A stretch of DNA of 64,000 nt, taken from NCBI GenBank assembly GCA_903851135.1, contig CAINNK010000037.1, positions 1,320 through 65,319 of the forward strand. The letters are read 5' to 3'. A program made the position numbers and the translations under genes. The notes under the pieces were generated by a model. It was not told where the DNA came from. It saw only the letters and a program-made list of their open reading frames with translations, and searched no databases. Below are positions 31,716 through 43,702 of the stretch, piece after piece; within the stretch, counting starts at the first letter, position 1; each line of letters opens with the position of its first letter. The stretch is from an uncultured bacterium (lineage in GTDB: Bacteria; Patescibacteriota; Minisyncoccia; Moranbacterales; GWC2-37-73).

Positions 31716-33545
31716 TTAATCAATTTTTTCTAATAGAAAAGATTTTTTGGAATCACTGATGGCGGGCGCAGTCAATTCTTGCAAAAATTCATTCACATTT
31801 TCCGTAGCCACGCAAACCACACTATCAGCTCCACCATAATACACAAAAAGTTTGTCATCCTTAATCACCGCCCCACAAACATAGACCACGCCAGCCTTAG
31901 CTCCCTGATTTTCATAGTGAGCCAACGGTTCCAAGATTGGATAATTACAACGATGCAAAATTTTTGTCGGATCCTTATAGTCCAAAATCATCGCTCCAAC
32001 TTTATACTTGTCAGGATCGCGTTTATCCATAGCATGATACAAAACCAACCAACCATACTCAGTCAGCAGTGGCGGTGCGCCGGCGCCCCTGACAATATTA
32101 TCCCAACGATGTTCATCAACTCCCGGTTTTTTTGTGCTTTCAATAACAATGCCCTCCTTGTCCAAATTATCAACATATTCAATGGAAATTTTCGGAGTAA
32201 TGCTATGCAAAATTGCATATTTGCCGTTAATTTTTTCTGGGAAAATCATCCAGTTTTTTTGAATCTCACCTGCCCTTGAAATCAATTTAGGCTTTTTCCA
32301 TTTCCAACTTTTACTGAGGAAATCACTGACCTTTATGGATGTCAGGGCCACGCCGGGAGGATTACACCCATCAAAAAAAACATAGGTCACATAAATCCGT
32401 TTACCAATTATGGTTGCCCGAGGATCTTCACAGCCCGCCCAACTGCCGCCGGAAACATACAAAGATTTAACAACCGGTTTCTTCTCAACGATGCGTAAAT
32501 TTTCTGCCAACGAAAAAATTGGATAATTCAAGCGTTCATTAATCGTAAATCCATCATCCGAAGCGGCATAGCCCAAAACCGAAACTCCGTTTTCACCAAT
32601 AGCCCGATAAAGCAAATGAATTTTATTATCCAAATACAAAGCGGCGGGATTAAAGGTGGCATCGCGCTCCCATTTGTTTAGCGCCTTAGGCTGCAAAATC
32701 GGATTGCTGGCGTGCCTTTTCAGTTGCCTGGTTTGCTTGGTCAAAATCAAACCTGACGAAGCAAGATTAATTGTTTTTACAAAAAATTCATTTCCAAAGG
32801 AAGACCAATAAATATGCAGTGATTCATCAATAACCGCGCAACCTAAAAATCTAATCTCATATTTCTTTTTCTCCACGGATTCCTCCCAAATTGGAACTTC
32901 CGATCGCCAAATCGGCACATAAGGTTTATCCAGAGAAAATAACGCACAGCCAATCTTTATTGTATAGCTACTCTTCTTATCAATTCTGGCATCATACAAA
33001 ACCAAAATCCCTCGTTGAACAATGACCGTGCCAATAACATGCAGCAGTGCTCCGTCATCAAAAAAATCCTTTCGTTTTGGCAACAAGTGCCCCGTGCTGT
33101 GCCAATGCGTCAAATTATCCGAAGCTGCAACCTGAATTGATTTATCGCCATAGTAAGTCAAGAAATTCTTTTTGTACTTGTGATTTGAGACAATTGGAAA
33201 AAGGCTAACCAAATCAGCGGTTCCTTTGATAATTTCAAAGTTTTGCAAGTCGTTTGACTGGGCAATTAAAATTTGTTTTTTTCCTTTAAGGCTTTGCTCC
33301 AAAAAAAGATAAGCTTTGCCACCATAAGCAAAAAAAGAAAGCGCGCCGCAATCAACTAATCGTTTTCGCCGGCCACTTTCCAAGAAAAAGCTAACTTCAT
33401 GTTTGTTTTTAAAGGCTAGTCCATCATCACTATCAGATAAAAATATTTTTGTTTCAACAAAAGTTTTAACTCCATACACAAGCACCACTTTTTTTTCGTG
33501 TTGCACGGCTGAAAAAGGATAGAATGTAGAATTTATCTTTGCCAT
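31716..33545 (-). CDS. GH130-like protein paralog (C-terminal GH130 domain, divergent N-terminal domain)
   Basis: ORF track. The C-terminal half reads ATFNPAALYLDNKIHLLYRAIGENGVSVLGYAASDDG ... AGCEDPRATIIGKRIYVTYVFFDGCNPPGV, which parallels the downstream gene. Confidence 0.7.
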   Translation of the reverse strand: MAKINSTFYPFSAVQHEKKVVLVYGVKTFVETKIFLSDSDDGLAFKNKHEVSFFLESGRRKRLVDCGALSFFAYGGKAYLFLEQSLKGKKQILIAQSNDLQNFEIIKGTADLVSLFPIVSNHKYKKNFLTYYGDKSIQVAASDNLTHWHSTGHLLPKRKDFFDDGALLHVIGTVIVQRGILVLYDARIDKKSSYTIKIGCALFSLDKPYVPIWRSEVPIWEESVEKKKYEIRFLGCAVIDESLHIYWSSFGNEFFVKTINLASSGLILTKQTRQLKRHASNPILQPKALNKWERDATFNPAALYLDNKIHLLYRAIGENGVSVLGYAASDDGFTINERLNYPIFSLAENLRIVEKKPVVKSLYVSGGSWAGCEDPRATIIGKRIYVTYVFFDGCNPPGVALTSIKVSDFLSKSWKWKKPKLISRAGEIQKNWMIFPEKINGKYAILHSITPKISIEYVDNLDKEGIVIESTKKPGVDEHRWDNIVRGAGAPPLLTEYGWLVLYHAMDKRDPDKYKVGAMILDYKDPTKILHRCNYPILEPLAHYENQGAKAGVVYVCGAVIKDDKLFVYYGGADSVVCVATENVNEFLQELTAPAISDSKKSFLLEKID

Positions 33546-33670
33546 TTTTTGTTTTTTGCAACTTAGAACTTGCGACCATAAAAATCTGATATTCTAATTA
33601 TACCACTTTATCCAAAATCCCCAAAATTCATTCTAAAAAAGAACCGCACCTTCAAAAAAACATTTTAGGC

Positions 33671-34228
33671 TCAACTCAAAAAATCCAAATATTTAAGAAA
33701 GTCCTCATAAACCTTAATAGCAGCCTGGGCAGTTTCGTGGTCTATTTCAAAATCAGCCTCATGAACAATTCGATTTCGCAGCTTGTGAACTTCAGTCAAA
33801 GTTTCGCGATGTTCATCCAAATGTGCATCTCCGACTTGTTCTAGCTTTTGAGCCATGTTTTCCCCGCCATAGCCGATACTGGCCAGGATCTCCTCCGCAA
33901 CAACATCTGCTTCAATAATTGCAACTTTGTATTGTGAAGTGTTGCCACTTTCCAAACGTTGCAAAATTTCCCCCCAACGTTTTTGCATTTTCTTTTTTGA
34001 AACAATTGGAATATCCGCGCCCTTAGCGCCAACCCTGATGTCCCACGTGACATCTCGAAGAATAAGCAGCAGCACAATGTCCGCCAAAATAACCAGCAAA
34101 TAAATTGCAATTAAAATTTTCAAAAGCAAAAACAACGGTGAGTTGTAAAAACCCATCCAAGCAGAAGCAAAAATATCAGTCAAACCCGTGGCGTCGTATT
34201 CCATGAATTTTCGCAGGGCGCAAATCAA
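33671..34228 (-). CDS. hypothetical membrane protein (185 aa)
   Basis: ORF track. It has hydrophobic helices (LLLKILIAIYLLVILADIVLLLIL) and then an acidic helical C-terminal domain. Confidence 0.45.
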   Translation of the reverse strand: MICALRKFMEYDATGLTDIFASAWMGFYNSPLFLLLKILIAIYLLVILADIVLLLILRDVTWDIRVGAKGADIPIVSKKKMQKRWGEILQRLESGNTSQYKVAIIEADVVAEEILASIGYGGENMAQKLEQVGDAHLDEHRETLTEVHKLRNRIVHEADFEIDHETAQAAIKVYEDFLKYLDFLS

Positions 34229-34266
34229 AGCATGTTTGATAAGTCCTATTTGTTTTATTTTTCTTA

Positions 34267-35724
34267 TTATTTTTCGCTTATTTCAAAAGTATGCGCCGCA
34301 TTAAGAATGCCTTCTTCATCAAACCATTCGCCTATCAGCTGTCCACCTACTGGTAATTTCTTTTCTTCAATCTCACAAAAACCAATTGGAAAAGAGATCG
34401 CCGGCAAACCTGCCAGATTGACCGAAATTGTGAAAATATCCGAAAGATACATTTGCAGTGGATCAGAAGTTTTTTCGCCAAATTTGAAAGCCACTTCCGG
34501 ACAAGTTGGACAGTAAATAAAATCAACTTTTTCGTAAGCTTGCTGAAAATCTTTGCGAATCAGGGCGCGCACCTTTTGGGCCTTCAAATAATAAGCATCA
34601 TAGTAGCCAGCACTTAAAGCATAGGTTCCAAGCATAATGCGACGCTTAACTTCATCGCCAAAACCAATTTTTCGAGTGTCCAAGTAGGTTTCCAAAAGAT
34701 TTTTCGCCGTGCCACTTTCAGTAGCGCCGGAATCATTCAAATCATCAGCGCGCATCCCAAATTTAATCCCATCAAATTTCGCCAAGTTGGAACTAACTTC
34801 GCTGGTCATAATAATATAATAAATCGCCAGCGCATACTGCGTGTGCGGCAAACTAATCGTTTCAATCCTGGCACCAAGGGCTTTGAATTTTTCTACCGAT
34901 TTTTCAAAAATTTCCAAAATTTCCCCTTCCAAATTTTCCACGTATTCTTTCGGCACGCCGATAACTTTGCCAGCAATATCACCAGTCAGATAGTCTTCAA
35001 ATTTTTTGTCGCCGCTTTGAGCACTGGTAGCATCCTTCAAATCCTGTCCGGCAATCACACTTAGCACAATCGCCGCATCTTCCACGGTTTTCGTGAAAGG
35101 GCCAATTTGATCAAGACTAGAAGCCATCGCAATGGCGCCGTATCTGGAAACTCTACCATAGGTTGGCTTGAGTCCCACTACTCCGCAAAAAGAAGCTGGC
35201 TGCCTAATTGAACCACCAGTGTCAGTTCCCAAGGACCACACTGCTTCATCTGCTGCCACCGCCGCCGCGCTGCCACCGGATGAACCACCTGGCACCCGAC
35301 TAGGGTCCACTGGATTTCTAGTAATCTGATAGGCACTGGTTTCAGTTGAGGATCCCATGGCAAATTCATCTTGATTGGCTTTACCCAAAATTACTGCGCC
35401 ATTTTCTTTAAGTTTTTTGATGACAGTCGCATCATAGGGCGCAATATAATTGTCCAAGATTTTTGAACCAGCCGTAGCGCGCACCCCTTCCACACAGATC
35501 ATGTCCTTGATAGCACCTGGTATGCCTTCAAGCAAGCCTATTTCCTCACCTCTGGCAATTTTCTCATCCACAAATTTAGCCTGCTCCAAAGCCAACTTCT
35601 TGGTGAGCGTCAAATAAGCTCCAATTTCTCCGTCTTTTTTTTCAATCGCCTCGAAATAAGTCTGCGCCAGTTGAGTGGCACTCATTTCTTTGCTAATTAA
35701 TTTATTGTGAAGATCTCTAATCAT
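34267..35724 (-). CDS. gatA: Glu-tRNA(Gln)/Asp-tRNA(Asn) amidotransferase subunit A
   Basis: ORF track. It carries the amidase signature GGSSGGSAAAVAA and reads GTDTGGSIRQPASFCGVVGLKPTYGRVSRYG. The length is 485 aa. Confidence 0.9.
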   Translation of the reverse strand: MIRDLHNKLISKEMSATQLAQTYFEAIEKKDGEIGAYLTLTKKLALEQAKFVDEKIARGEEIGLLEGIPGAIKDMICVEGVRATAGSKILDNYIAPYDATVIKKLKENGAVILGKANQDEFAMGSSTETSAYQITRNPVDPSRVPGGSSGGSAAAVAADEAVWSLGTDTGGSIRQPASFCGVVGLKPTYGRVSRYGAIAMASSLDQIGPFTKTVEDAAIVLSVIAGQDLKDATSAQSGDKKFEDYLTGDIAGKVIGVPKEYVENLEGEILEIFEKSVEKFKALGARIETISLPHTQYALAIYYIIMTSEVSSNLAKFDGIKFGMRADDLNDSGATESGTAKNLLETYLDTRKIGFGDEVKRRIMLGTYALSAGYYDAYYLKAQKVRALIRKDFQQAYEKVDFIYCPTCPEVAFKFGEKTSDPLQMYLSDIFTISVNLAGLPAISFPIGFCEIEEKKLPVGGQLIGEWFDEEGILNAAHTFEISEK

Positions 35725-35785
35725 AATGAAAAAAAATAAAAAATTTTATCCGTCTTATCAGTCCTCTTTATCCCAGTATCCAAAA

Positions 35786-36073
35786 TCAAAGCACCGACTT
35801 CACTTTGACATATTCGTCTTTCCTTTCTGGCACATTTTTCAAAATTGCCGCTTTCCCCAGGTCTCCGAAATCAACGTTGGCATCTGTGCGAAAAGTATTT
35901 TGCATGCCAGTAATATGCCCAATCGGCTCAACACCCCTCACATCAACTTGGTCTAATTTTTTGAAATAATCCAAAATTTCAGACAAATCATGTTGATATT
36001 TTTCAATATCTTTTTCACTGACTCCAATTCTGGCCAGTGTTGCAATATGTAAAATTTCTTCTTTGGTTAACAT
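35786..36073 (-). CDS. gatC: amidotransferase subunit C
   Basis: ORF track. It is 95 aa, sits directly upstream of gatA, and reads EEILHIATLARI...VDVRGVEP, which is GatC-like. Confidence 0.8.
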   Translation of the reverse strand: MLTKEEILHIATLARIGVSEKDIEKYQHDLSEILDYFKKLDQVDVRGVEPIGHITGMQNTFRTDANVDFGDLGKAAILKNVPERKDEYVKVKSVL

Positions 36074-36115
36074 AATTTCTTAAGCTAAGAATTATAAACT
36101 GCGTAAGTGAGCAGA

Positions 36116-36185
36116 GCATACTTTTTCTTTTTTCACTTAAAATCAGCAGATTTTACTGGGATAAAAAGAAAAAGTATGCGATGCG
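36116..36185. repeat. perfect 17-bp inverted repeat (long hairpin) between ligA and gatC
   Basis: gcatactttttcttttt ... aaaaagaaaaagtatgc, with a loop of about 35 nt. Confidence 0.6.
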
Positions 36186-36211
36186 AGCGAAATATAATTT
36201 CAAAATTCAAT

Positions 36212-38437
<2,226 letters not shown>

Positions 38438-38619
38438 TCAAAGAGATTTTACCTAAAAATCTTTCTAAATGTCAAAATATTACATTTCTCCTGCGTAATT
38501 AAGTATTTTATCTTTTCTAAATTCTCACCACTGGTTAATTATATCACATAAAAGTTTTCAAAAAAAGCATCCCGGGGATGCTTTTAGCTTGACTTTTCTT
38601 TACTAACTAAGTTCAACAG

Positions 38620-39228
38620 CTACTTGGAATTTCTCAAGGACACTGCCATCTGGATTTTCAAGGGAGATGATGTTTGACTGTCATTTTTAACCGTAACCGC
38701 AACAGCGACAACTCCATATGTTGCTATAGTGGAAGGTACAACGTTAAAAAAAACTTTCGTCACATTTGGAGGAGTAAGGTCATCTGGTGACGTCATGACA
38801 TCAAAATTGCAATTATCAAGCGCATCGCCGTCGGAAGTGTAAACTTGCAGCTTATTTGAAACCAATGAATATTTTATACATTTCAGCTGAGCATAATCGA
38901 AACAGCCAAGATTATTTTCATCTATTTTTCTCACATCACTAGTTCTAATGGTTTTTGCCATAAGATTCATCGCAAACTGAGTTGCTTCGATATTTTGCTG
39001 CATTTTTTTTGACTCGGCATAATTTTTCAAAAAATTCCCAAATATCCCAGACACCATCACTGAAACCAAGGAAAAAAGAAAAACCGCAATTAAAGTTTCC
39101 ACCAAAGTAAAACCTTTCCTGGTTGAAAAAACCAGCTGCTTGCGCTCAGAGGAAAAGCGACACTTCAGCAATTGCCATTCCTTTTTTATATTATTTATTT
39201 TCTTTTTCATTTGCATAAACCAAGCCAA
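38620..39228 (-). CDS. type IV pilin-like protein (pseudopilin) with a prepilin N-methylation motif
   Basis: ORF track. The motif is RKGFTLVETLIAVFLFSLV. The leader is long, so the true start may lie downstream. Confidence 0.6.
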   Translation of the reverse strand: MAWFMQMKKKINNIKKEWQLLKCRFSSERKQLVFSTRKGFTLVETLIAVFLFSLVSVMVSGIFGNFLKNYAESKKMQQNIEATQFAMNLMAKTIRTSDVRKIDENNLGCFDYAQLKCIKYSLVSNKLQVYTSDGDALDNCNFDVMTSPDDLTPPNVTKVFFNVVPSTIATYGVVAVAVTVKNDSQTSSPLKIQMAVSLRNSK

Positions 39229-39266
39229 ACTTATATATCTAAAAAGCCAACAAAACCGCTCTCATC

Positions 39267-39821
39267 TTAAGGAACAACCGTATAGGAGATAACTAAACTA
39301 GCAGTTATGCATTTATTTGAAACATTGCAAATTGCCGGAGGATTCAAGTTATCTGGTCCATCCCACCAAACTTCACTGGTAACTATTCGCTTTCCAGAAA
39401 CACTACCGTCTATATCTATTTTCCTGCAAAATTTAGTAGGAGTTCCTCCACCACTGTGAGAATAATATCCGCTAGTTTCATCCAGGTATAATCTAAAATT
39501 CCCAGCATTTGGAAAGGAGATTTCTCCCGTGGCAGCATCCATATCTATCCTGTGATCATTATAATCTGTTTTATCTGTAAGCATCGAATTGTCATTCAAA
39601 TTTCGCACCAATTCAATGCCTTCTTGAGTAAGTTGAGCTGCAATGATTTGATTTCTAGCCATTGCGGATGTTTTGATATTTGCAGTCATAATTGCAACAA
39701 TACTCACGATTCCAATCGACAGCACCAACAATGAAAACAACACCTCAATCAAAGAAAAGCCTTTCTTGGCAACTGTTTTATTTCCATCCTGATTGTATTT
39801 TTTCTTGTTGAGCATATCCAA
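39267..39821 (-). CDS. type IV pseudopilin (minor pilin)
   Basis: ORF track. The motif is KKGFSLIEVLFSLLVLSIGIV. Confidence 0.65.
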   Translation of the reverse strand: MDMLNKKKYNQDGNKTVAKKGFSLIEVLFSLLVLSIGIVSIVAIMTANIKTSAMARNQIIAAQLTQEGIELVRNLNDNSMLTDKTDYNDHRIDMDAATGEISFPNAGNFRLYLDETSGYYSHSGGGTPTKFCRKIDIDGSVSGKRIVTSEVWWDGPDNLNPPAICNVSNKCITASLVISYTVVP

Positions 39822-39845
39822 AAAAAATTATTTTAAAAAAATCTA

Positions 39846-40400
39846 TCACGAGCACGCCGTCTTTTGCGCAAAAATGTTTCCCATTTTATTAATGCAAACA
39901 TAATAAACATCAGTCCCTGAAGCAAGCTTAATATAACCGTCAGAACTAACATCTCCGCGAGGAGCTGTGAAATAAAATTGCAAACCAGGTGAAGATTCCA
40001 CAAAAGAAACTGTGCCATTATCTTTTTTTGCGCTTAGATACATTTCAACAGCCGCTGAATCAACTTCATTATTCAAAGCGCAGTCCCTGACAGTATTGGT
40101 GTATTTTTTGTCGCCAATATTGAAATTAAATTCAAATTGACACATCATGACGCCATCAATACTTTTGCCATTGATGGAATCATTTTGCAACGCTCTAAGT
40201 TGAGCCACGACCTGCAGCGCAGCAATTTCAACCTCATTAACCCCCTTGTTCTTGTTCATATTAACTGCCACTACCCCAGTCATCAAAGAAATAATCGCAA
40301 TGACTACCAACAGCTCAATCAAAGAAAAACCGTTTCTCATTTTCGATGAAATTCCTGATTTAAATGAGAATTTTCTTTGCTTGTCTTGATTGTTGAGCAT
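39846..40400 (-). CDS. type IV pilin-like protein
   Basis: ORF track. The motif is MRNGFSLIELLVVIAIISLMTG. A likely true start is the internal Met at about 40340, which would give a 4-aa leader. Confidence 0.7.
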   Translation of the reverse strand: MLNNQDKQRKFSFKSGISSKMRNGFSLIELLVVIAIISLMTGVVAVNMNKNKGVNEVEIAALQVVAQLRALQNDSINGKSIDGVMMCQFEFNFNIGDKKYTNTVRDCALNNEVDSAAVEMYLSAKKDNGTVSFVESSPGLQFYFTAPRGDVSSDGYIKLASGTDVYYVCINKMGNIFAQKTACS

Positions 40401-40408
40401 GAGAAAGA

Positions 40409-41209
40409 CTAACTAAAAAGTAAGAAATAAGATTGCAATTGCGGAAACATCCGCGGAAGCAGCAAGACCAAAAAGACGCCAGCAATCAAAAAAGGCGCAA
40501 ATGGCACCTGGCTTTTGATGGTTTTTTTGCTAGCCACAACCAACAAAACACTGACAAAAGCCCCGATTGAAAATGAAAGCAGCAGCGCCACCAAAATATT
40601 TGACCAACCAACAACGAGCCCGGCTAATAATCCAAGATAAGCGTCGCCATAACCCATCCAGGTTTCTTTGGAGTATGCCGCCAAACCGTAAAAGAAACCT
40701 CCAGCGATTAACCCACCCAAAATTCCTGCAATTGTTTTTAATTCCAAAATTGAATTAGCAGTTTTGAAACCATAATAGTCGGAAAATATGTAATACACTA
40801 AACTCACCCCAATACCGAGCCACAAGATCAACATTGGAATTTCCATGTATTTAAAATCATACACAAAAATAACTATCAAAATAGCAAAAACAACCAAATA
40901 ATACGTCGTCAAGCTCCAAGTCAAAGGATCAAGCATGTCAAAAAAATAATTTCCAATCAAAGCAAAGATTACACCAGTTGCAGCTTCCACGAAAGGATAT
41001 TGCCAAGAAATTTTTTCGCCGCAATCGCGACACCTAGCACTGAGCAGAATAAAACTAAGCACCGGTACATTATCGAACCAACGCACAGTTTTTTTGCAAT
41101 GCGGACAATGGCTGCGCTCCAATAAAGACTCCACCGCATTCAGACGATACACTACTGCGTTCAAAAAACTGCCTATGATTAGTCCGAACAAAAGAAAAAT
41201 GATTATCAT
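40409..41209 (-). CDS. pilD: prepilin peptidase (A24 family)
   Basis: ORF track. The N-terminal Cys tetrad is CPHC...CRDC. It is a polytopic membrane protein with conserved Asp residues. Confidence 0.85.
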   Translation of the reverse strand: MIIIFLLFGLIIGSFLNAVVYRLNAVESLLERSHCPHCKKTVRWFDNVPVLSFILLSARCRDCGEKISWQYPFVEAATGVIFALIGNYFFDMLDPLTWSLTTYYLVVFAILIVIFVYDFKYMEIPMLILWLGIGVSLVYYIFSDYYGFKTANSILELKTIAGILGGLIAGGFFYGLAAYSKETWMGYGDAYLGLLAGLVVGWSNILVALLLSFSIGAFVSVLLVVASKKTIKSQVPFAPFLIAGVFLVLLLPRMFPQLQSYFLLFS

Positions 41210-41334
41210 ATTCTTGTTATTATTTTTTAATCCACCTTATCAGTCTTATTTGTCCTAGCATCGTCCTTAACCTATTTCTTCCTCAAAAATTTCATTTGTT
41301 TGCCAATTTTTTTGGCAAACATGGAAACTTTTGA

Positions 41335-41745
41335 TTACGGACAAACAGCAGCTGCTGCTGGAACCGCGCAAAGATTGTCAGAGAACAAGCCTCCTTGTCC
41401 AACGAAAACGTGACAGTTAGTCGCAGTTGTAGTTGGGAAATCTTTAACATTAGTAGCTTCTTCACAGAAAGTCAAACTTCCAGTCGGCCCGCAACTATCA
41501 GTAAAGGCAGCATCATGAGTCCAAGTTATGTTTGATGTATTAGTCAATGCTGGAGTTCCTGCAGTAGCATCACATTTCATAAGGATACCGCCAGCAGAAC
41601 CCCTTGCTTCCTCCAAAAATGCTGCACGATTGGCCTTTCCCCTAGCAGCAGAAGTGCTAACCAAGATAACTCCCGCCAAAATGCCAATGATTGCAATCAC
41701 AATCAAAAGTTCAATCAGCGTGAAACCTTTTTGTGTTTTTTTCAT
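41335..41745 (-). CDS. pilA: type IVa pilin (major-pilin candidate)
   Basis: ORF track. The leader MKKTQKG is followed by FTLIELLIVIAIIGILAG. A C-terminal Cys pair forms the disulfide loop. Confidence 0.8.
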   Translation of the reverse strand: MKKTQKGFTLIELLIVIAIIGILAGVILVSTSAARGKANRAAFLEEARGSAGGILMKCDATAGTPALTNTSNITWTHDAAFTDSCGPTGSLTFCEEATNVKDFPTTTATNCHVFVGQGGLFSDNLCAVPAAAAVCP

Positions 41746-41887
41746 ATTTATTATCTTTATTTAAAAATTAACATTTGTAATTACATCGACCTTTCTTATG
41801 TAATTTATATCTAAACTTTCCATTTTTTAGCTTTAATTTCAAAATCTAAAACTTTCCCACCAAATCAACAAACATTTTCTATTTAAA

Positions 41888-42370
41888 TTAGTTGCAATCA
41901 TTTGTCGCATAACTGCAGGTGATAGTTATTTGTCCTGTTTTTGCTGCGGTAAAGGTGTAACTTAAAATCTGAGCATTTGTTGCTGCTCCAGCAGTTACGA
42001 TATATCCGGTTTTGGTGTTTATATCCGGCCATTTCACTGTGTGGCTGGCGTCATTACAAATCGTACTGGCCGTATTATAAGCATTGAGACCAAAACCATC
42101 ATCTTGACACGCAACCAATTCCGGCAACACACTCGACATGGTTGTCATAGCGGAAGCTCTTTTTGATTTTTCAACACTCCCAGCGGAACTCACCATAACA
42201 ACTCCCGCCAAAACACCAATGATCGCAATCACAATCAACAATTCAACCAGTGTAAAACCTTTTTGATTTTGCGCAAAAAGAAAATTGGTTGAATTGTTTT
42301 TTTCAGCCGAAATTAAAACTTTTTTGAAAACGGATTTTTTCTCTTTTTCCATAATATGATTGTAGCACAA
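41888..42370 (-). CDS. type IV pilin paralog
   Basis: ORF track. The motif is KGFTLVELLIVIAIIGVLAGVV, with a C-terminal Cys pair (ITCSYATNDC). Confidence 0.7.
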   Translation of the reverse strand: MCYNHIMEKEKKSVFKKVLISAEKNNSTNFLFAQNQKGFTLVELLIVIAIIGVLAGVVMVSSAGSVEKSKRASAMTTMSSVLPELVACQDDGFGLNAYNTASTICNDASHTVKWPDINTKTGYIVTAGAATNAQILSYTFTAAKTGQITITCSYATNDCN

Positions 42371-42416
42371 TAGTTATCGTTTTTAAATACCTTGACAATT
42401 ACTAAATTTGAATTTT

Positions 42417-43625
42417 CTACATCAGTGTTGAAAGATTGTAAATCGGAATCAAAATTGCAAAAACCAAGATTGCCACCCCAAGCCCCAACAAGGAAATCAG
42501 AATCGGCTCCAGCATGGTTGAAAGATTGCGCGTAATGGTGTCAGTCTCCTTACCATAAAATACGGCAATGTGTTTTAGCACCTCACTTATTTTTCCAGAA
42601 TCTTCTCCGATTTTGATCATCTGCGGTACAATCGGCGGAAAATATTGTGAACGCGCAAAAACGCTACTCATCGTTCCACCTTTTTTCACTTCATCAGCCG
42701 CTCGCAAAATAACACTTTCATAAGCTGTGCTGTTCACGACACCGCTAATAATCGTAAGCGCTCTAACTATTGGAATTCCTCCAGCTAGCAACACTGCCAA
42801 ATTCTCCGAAAAACGAGCCAAATAAACGTATTTGAAAATATTTCCAACCACCGGAATTTTCATTTTGATAATATCCCATTCTCTTTTTCCATCCTCACTG
42901 CGGATGTAGTAAACAGTTCCACTGATAATTGCAGCCAAAAAAACCAAAACTATCCACCAATATTGACTCATAAAATCACCAACATTCATCATGACTTTCG
43001 TGTACCACGGAACTTCAGCATTTAAATCTTTGAAAATAGCTGTTAGTTTTGGCAGCACCAAAGTAGAAACCACAAATCCAATTATCGTAGCCGCTGATAA
43101 AACAAACCCTGGATAGAAAAGCGCACCCCTGATTTTTGAAGTGAGATCATAATTTTTTTCCGCATTTTCAGCCAAGAAAGAAAAGGAACGTTCCAAATTT
43201 CCCGAAAGTTCACCAGCTTTAATCATACTGATCGCCAACGGCTCAAAAATATCCGTGTGTTTAGCCATCGATTCGGAAAAAGGCATACCATCCTCCAGGT
43301 CATTAACCATTTCCCAAATGATTGTTCGCAAATAAGTGTTTTCAGTTTGATCAGCTACCGCTCGCATGGAATAAATAATTGCAACCTTAGCTTCAATCAA
43401 AGTTGACATTTGCCTGAAAAAAACCGCCACTTCCCGCAGGCTGATTCCTTCCCAAAGATGTTGGAAATCTTTAATGAACTCAGGAACTTGTCTTTCCTGC
43501 TCAATTGAAATAGGCACCAGGCCTTTACTTTGCAGTATGGCGGCGGCGGCATCTTTTGTGATAGCCTCAATGTGCCCCTCCCTCAAGTCTCCGAGAGCAC
43601 TTTTAGCTTGAAAAGAAAATTTCAT
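42417..43625 (-). CDS. pilC: type IV pilus assembly platform protein (GspF/PilC family)
   Basis: ORF track. It has two T2SSF repeats, three TM segments, and is 402 aa. Confidence 0.9.
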   Translation of the reverse strand: MKFSFQAKSALGDLREGHIEAITKDAAAAILQSKGLVPISIEQERQVPEFIKDFQHLWEGISLREVAVFFRQMSTLIEAKVAIIYSMRAVADQTENTYLRTIIWEMVNDLEDGMPFSESMAKHTDIFEPLAISMIKAGELSGNLERSFSFLAENAEKNYDLTSKIRGALFYPGFVLSAATIIGFVVSTLVLPKLTAIFKDLNAEVPWYTKVMMNVGDFMSQYWWIVLVFLAAIISGTVYYIRSEDGKREWDIIKMKIPVVGNIFKYVYLARFSENLAVLLAGGIPIVRALTIISGVVNSTAYESVILRAADEVKKGGTMSSVFARSQYFPPIVPQMIKIGEDSGKISEVLKHIAVFYGKETDTITRNLSTMLEPILISLLGLGVAILVFAILIPIYNLSTLM

Positions 43626-43702
43626 AGTAATAAATTAATTAAATTATTTTTATTTCACTGTTCGAACTTTTTTGAAAAAATATCATTCTTAATAATCAAA
43701 AC

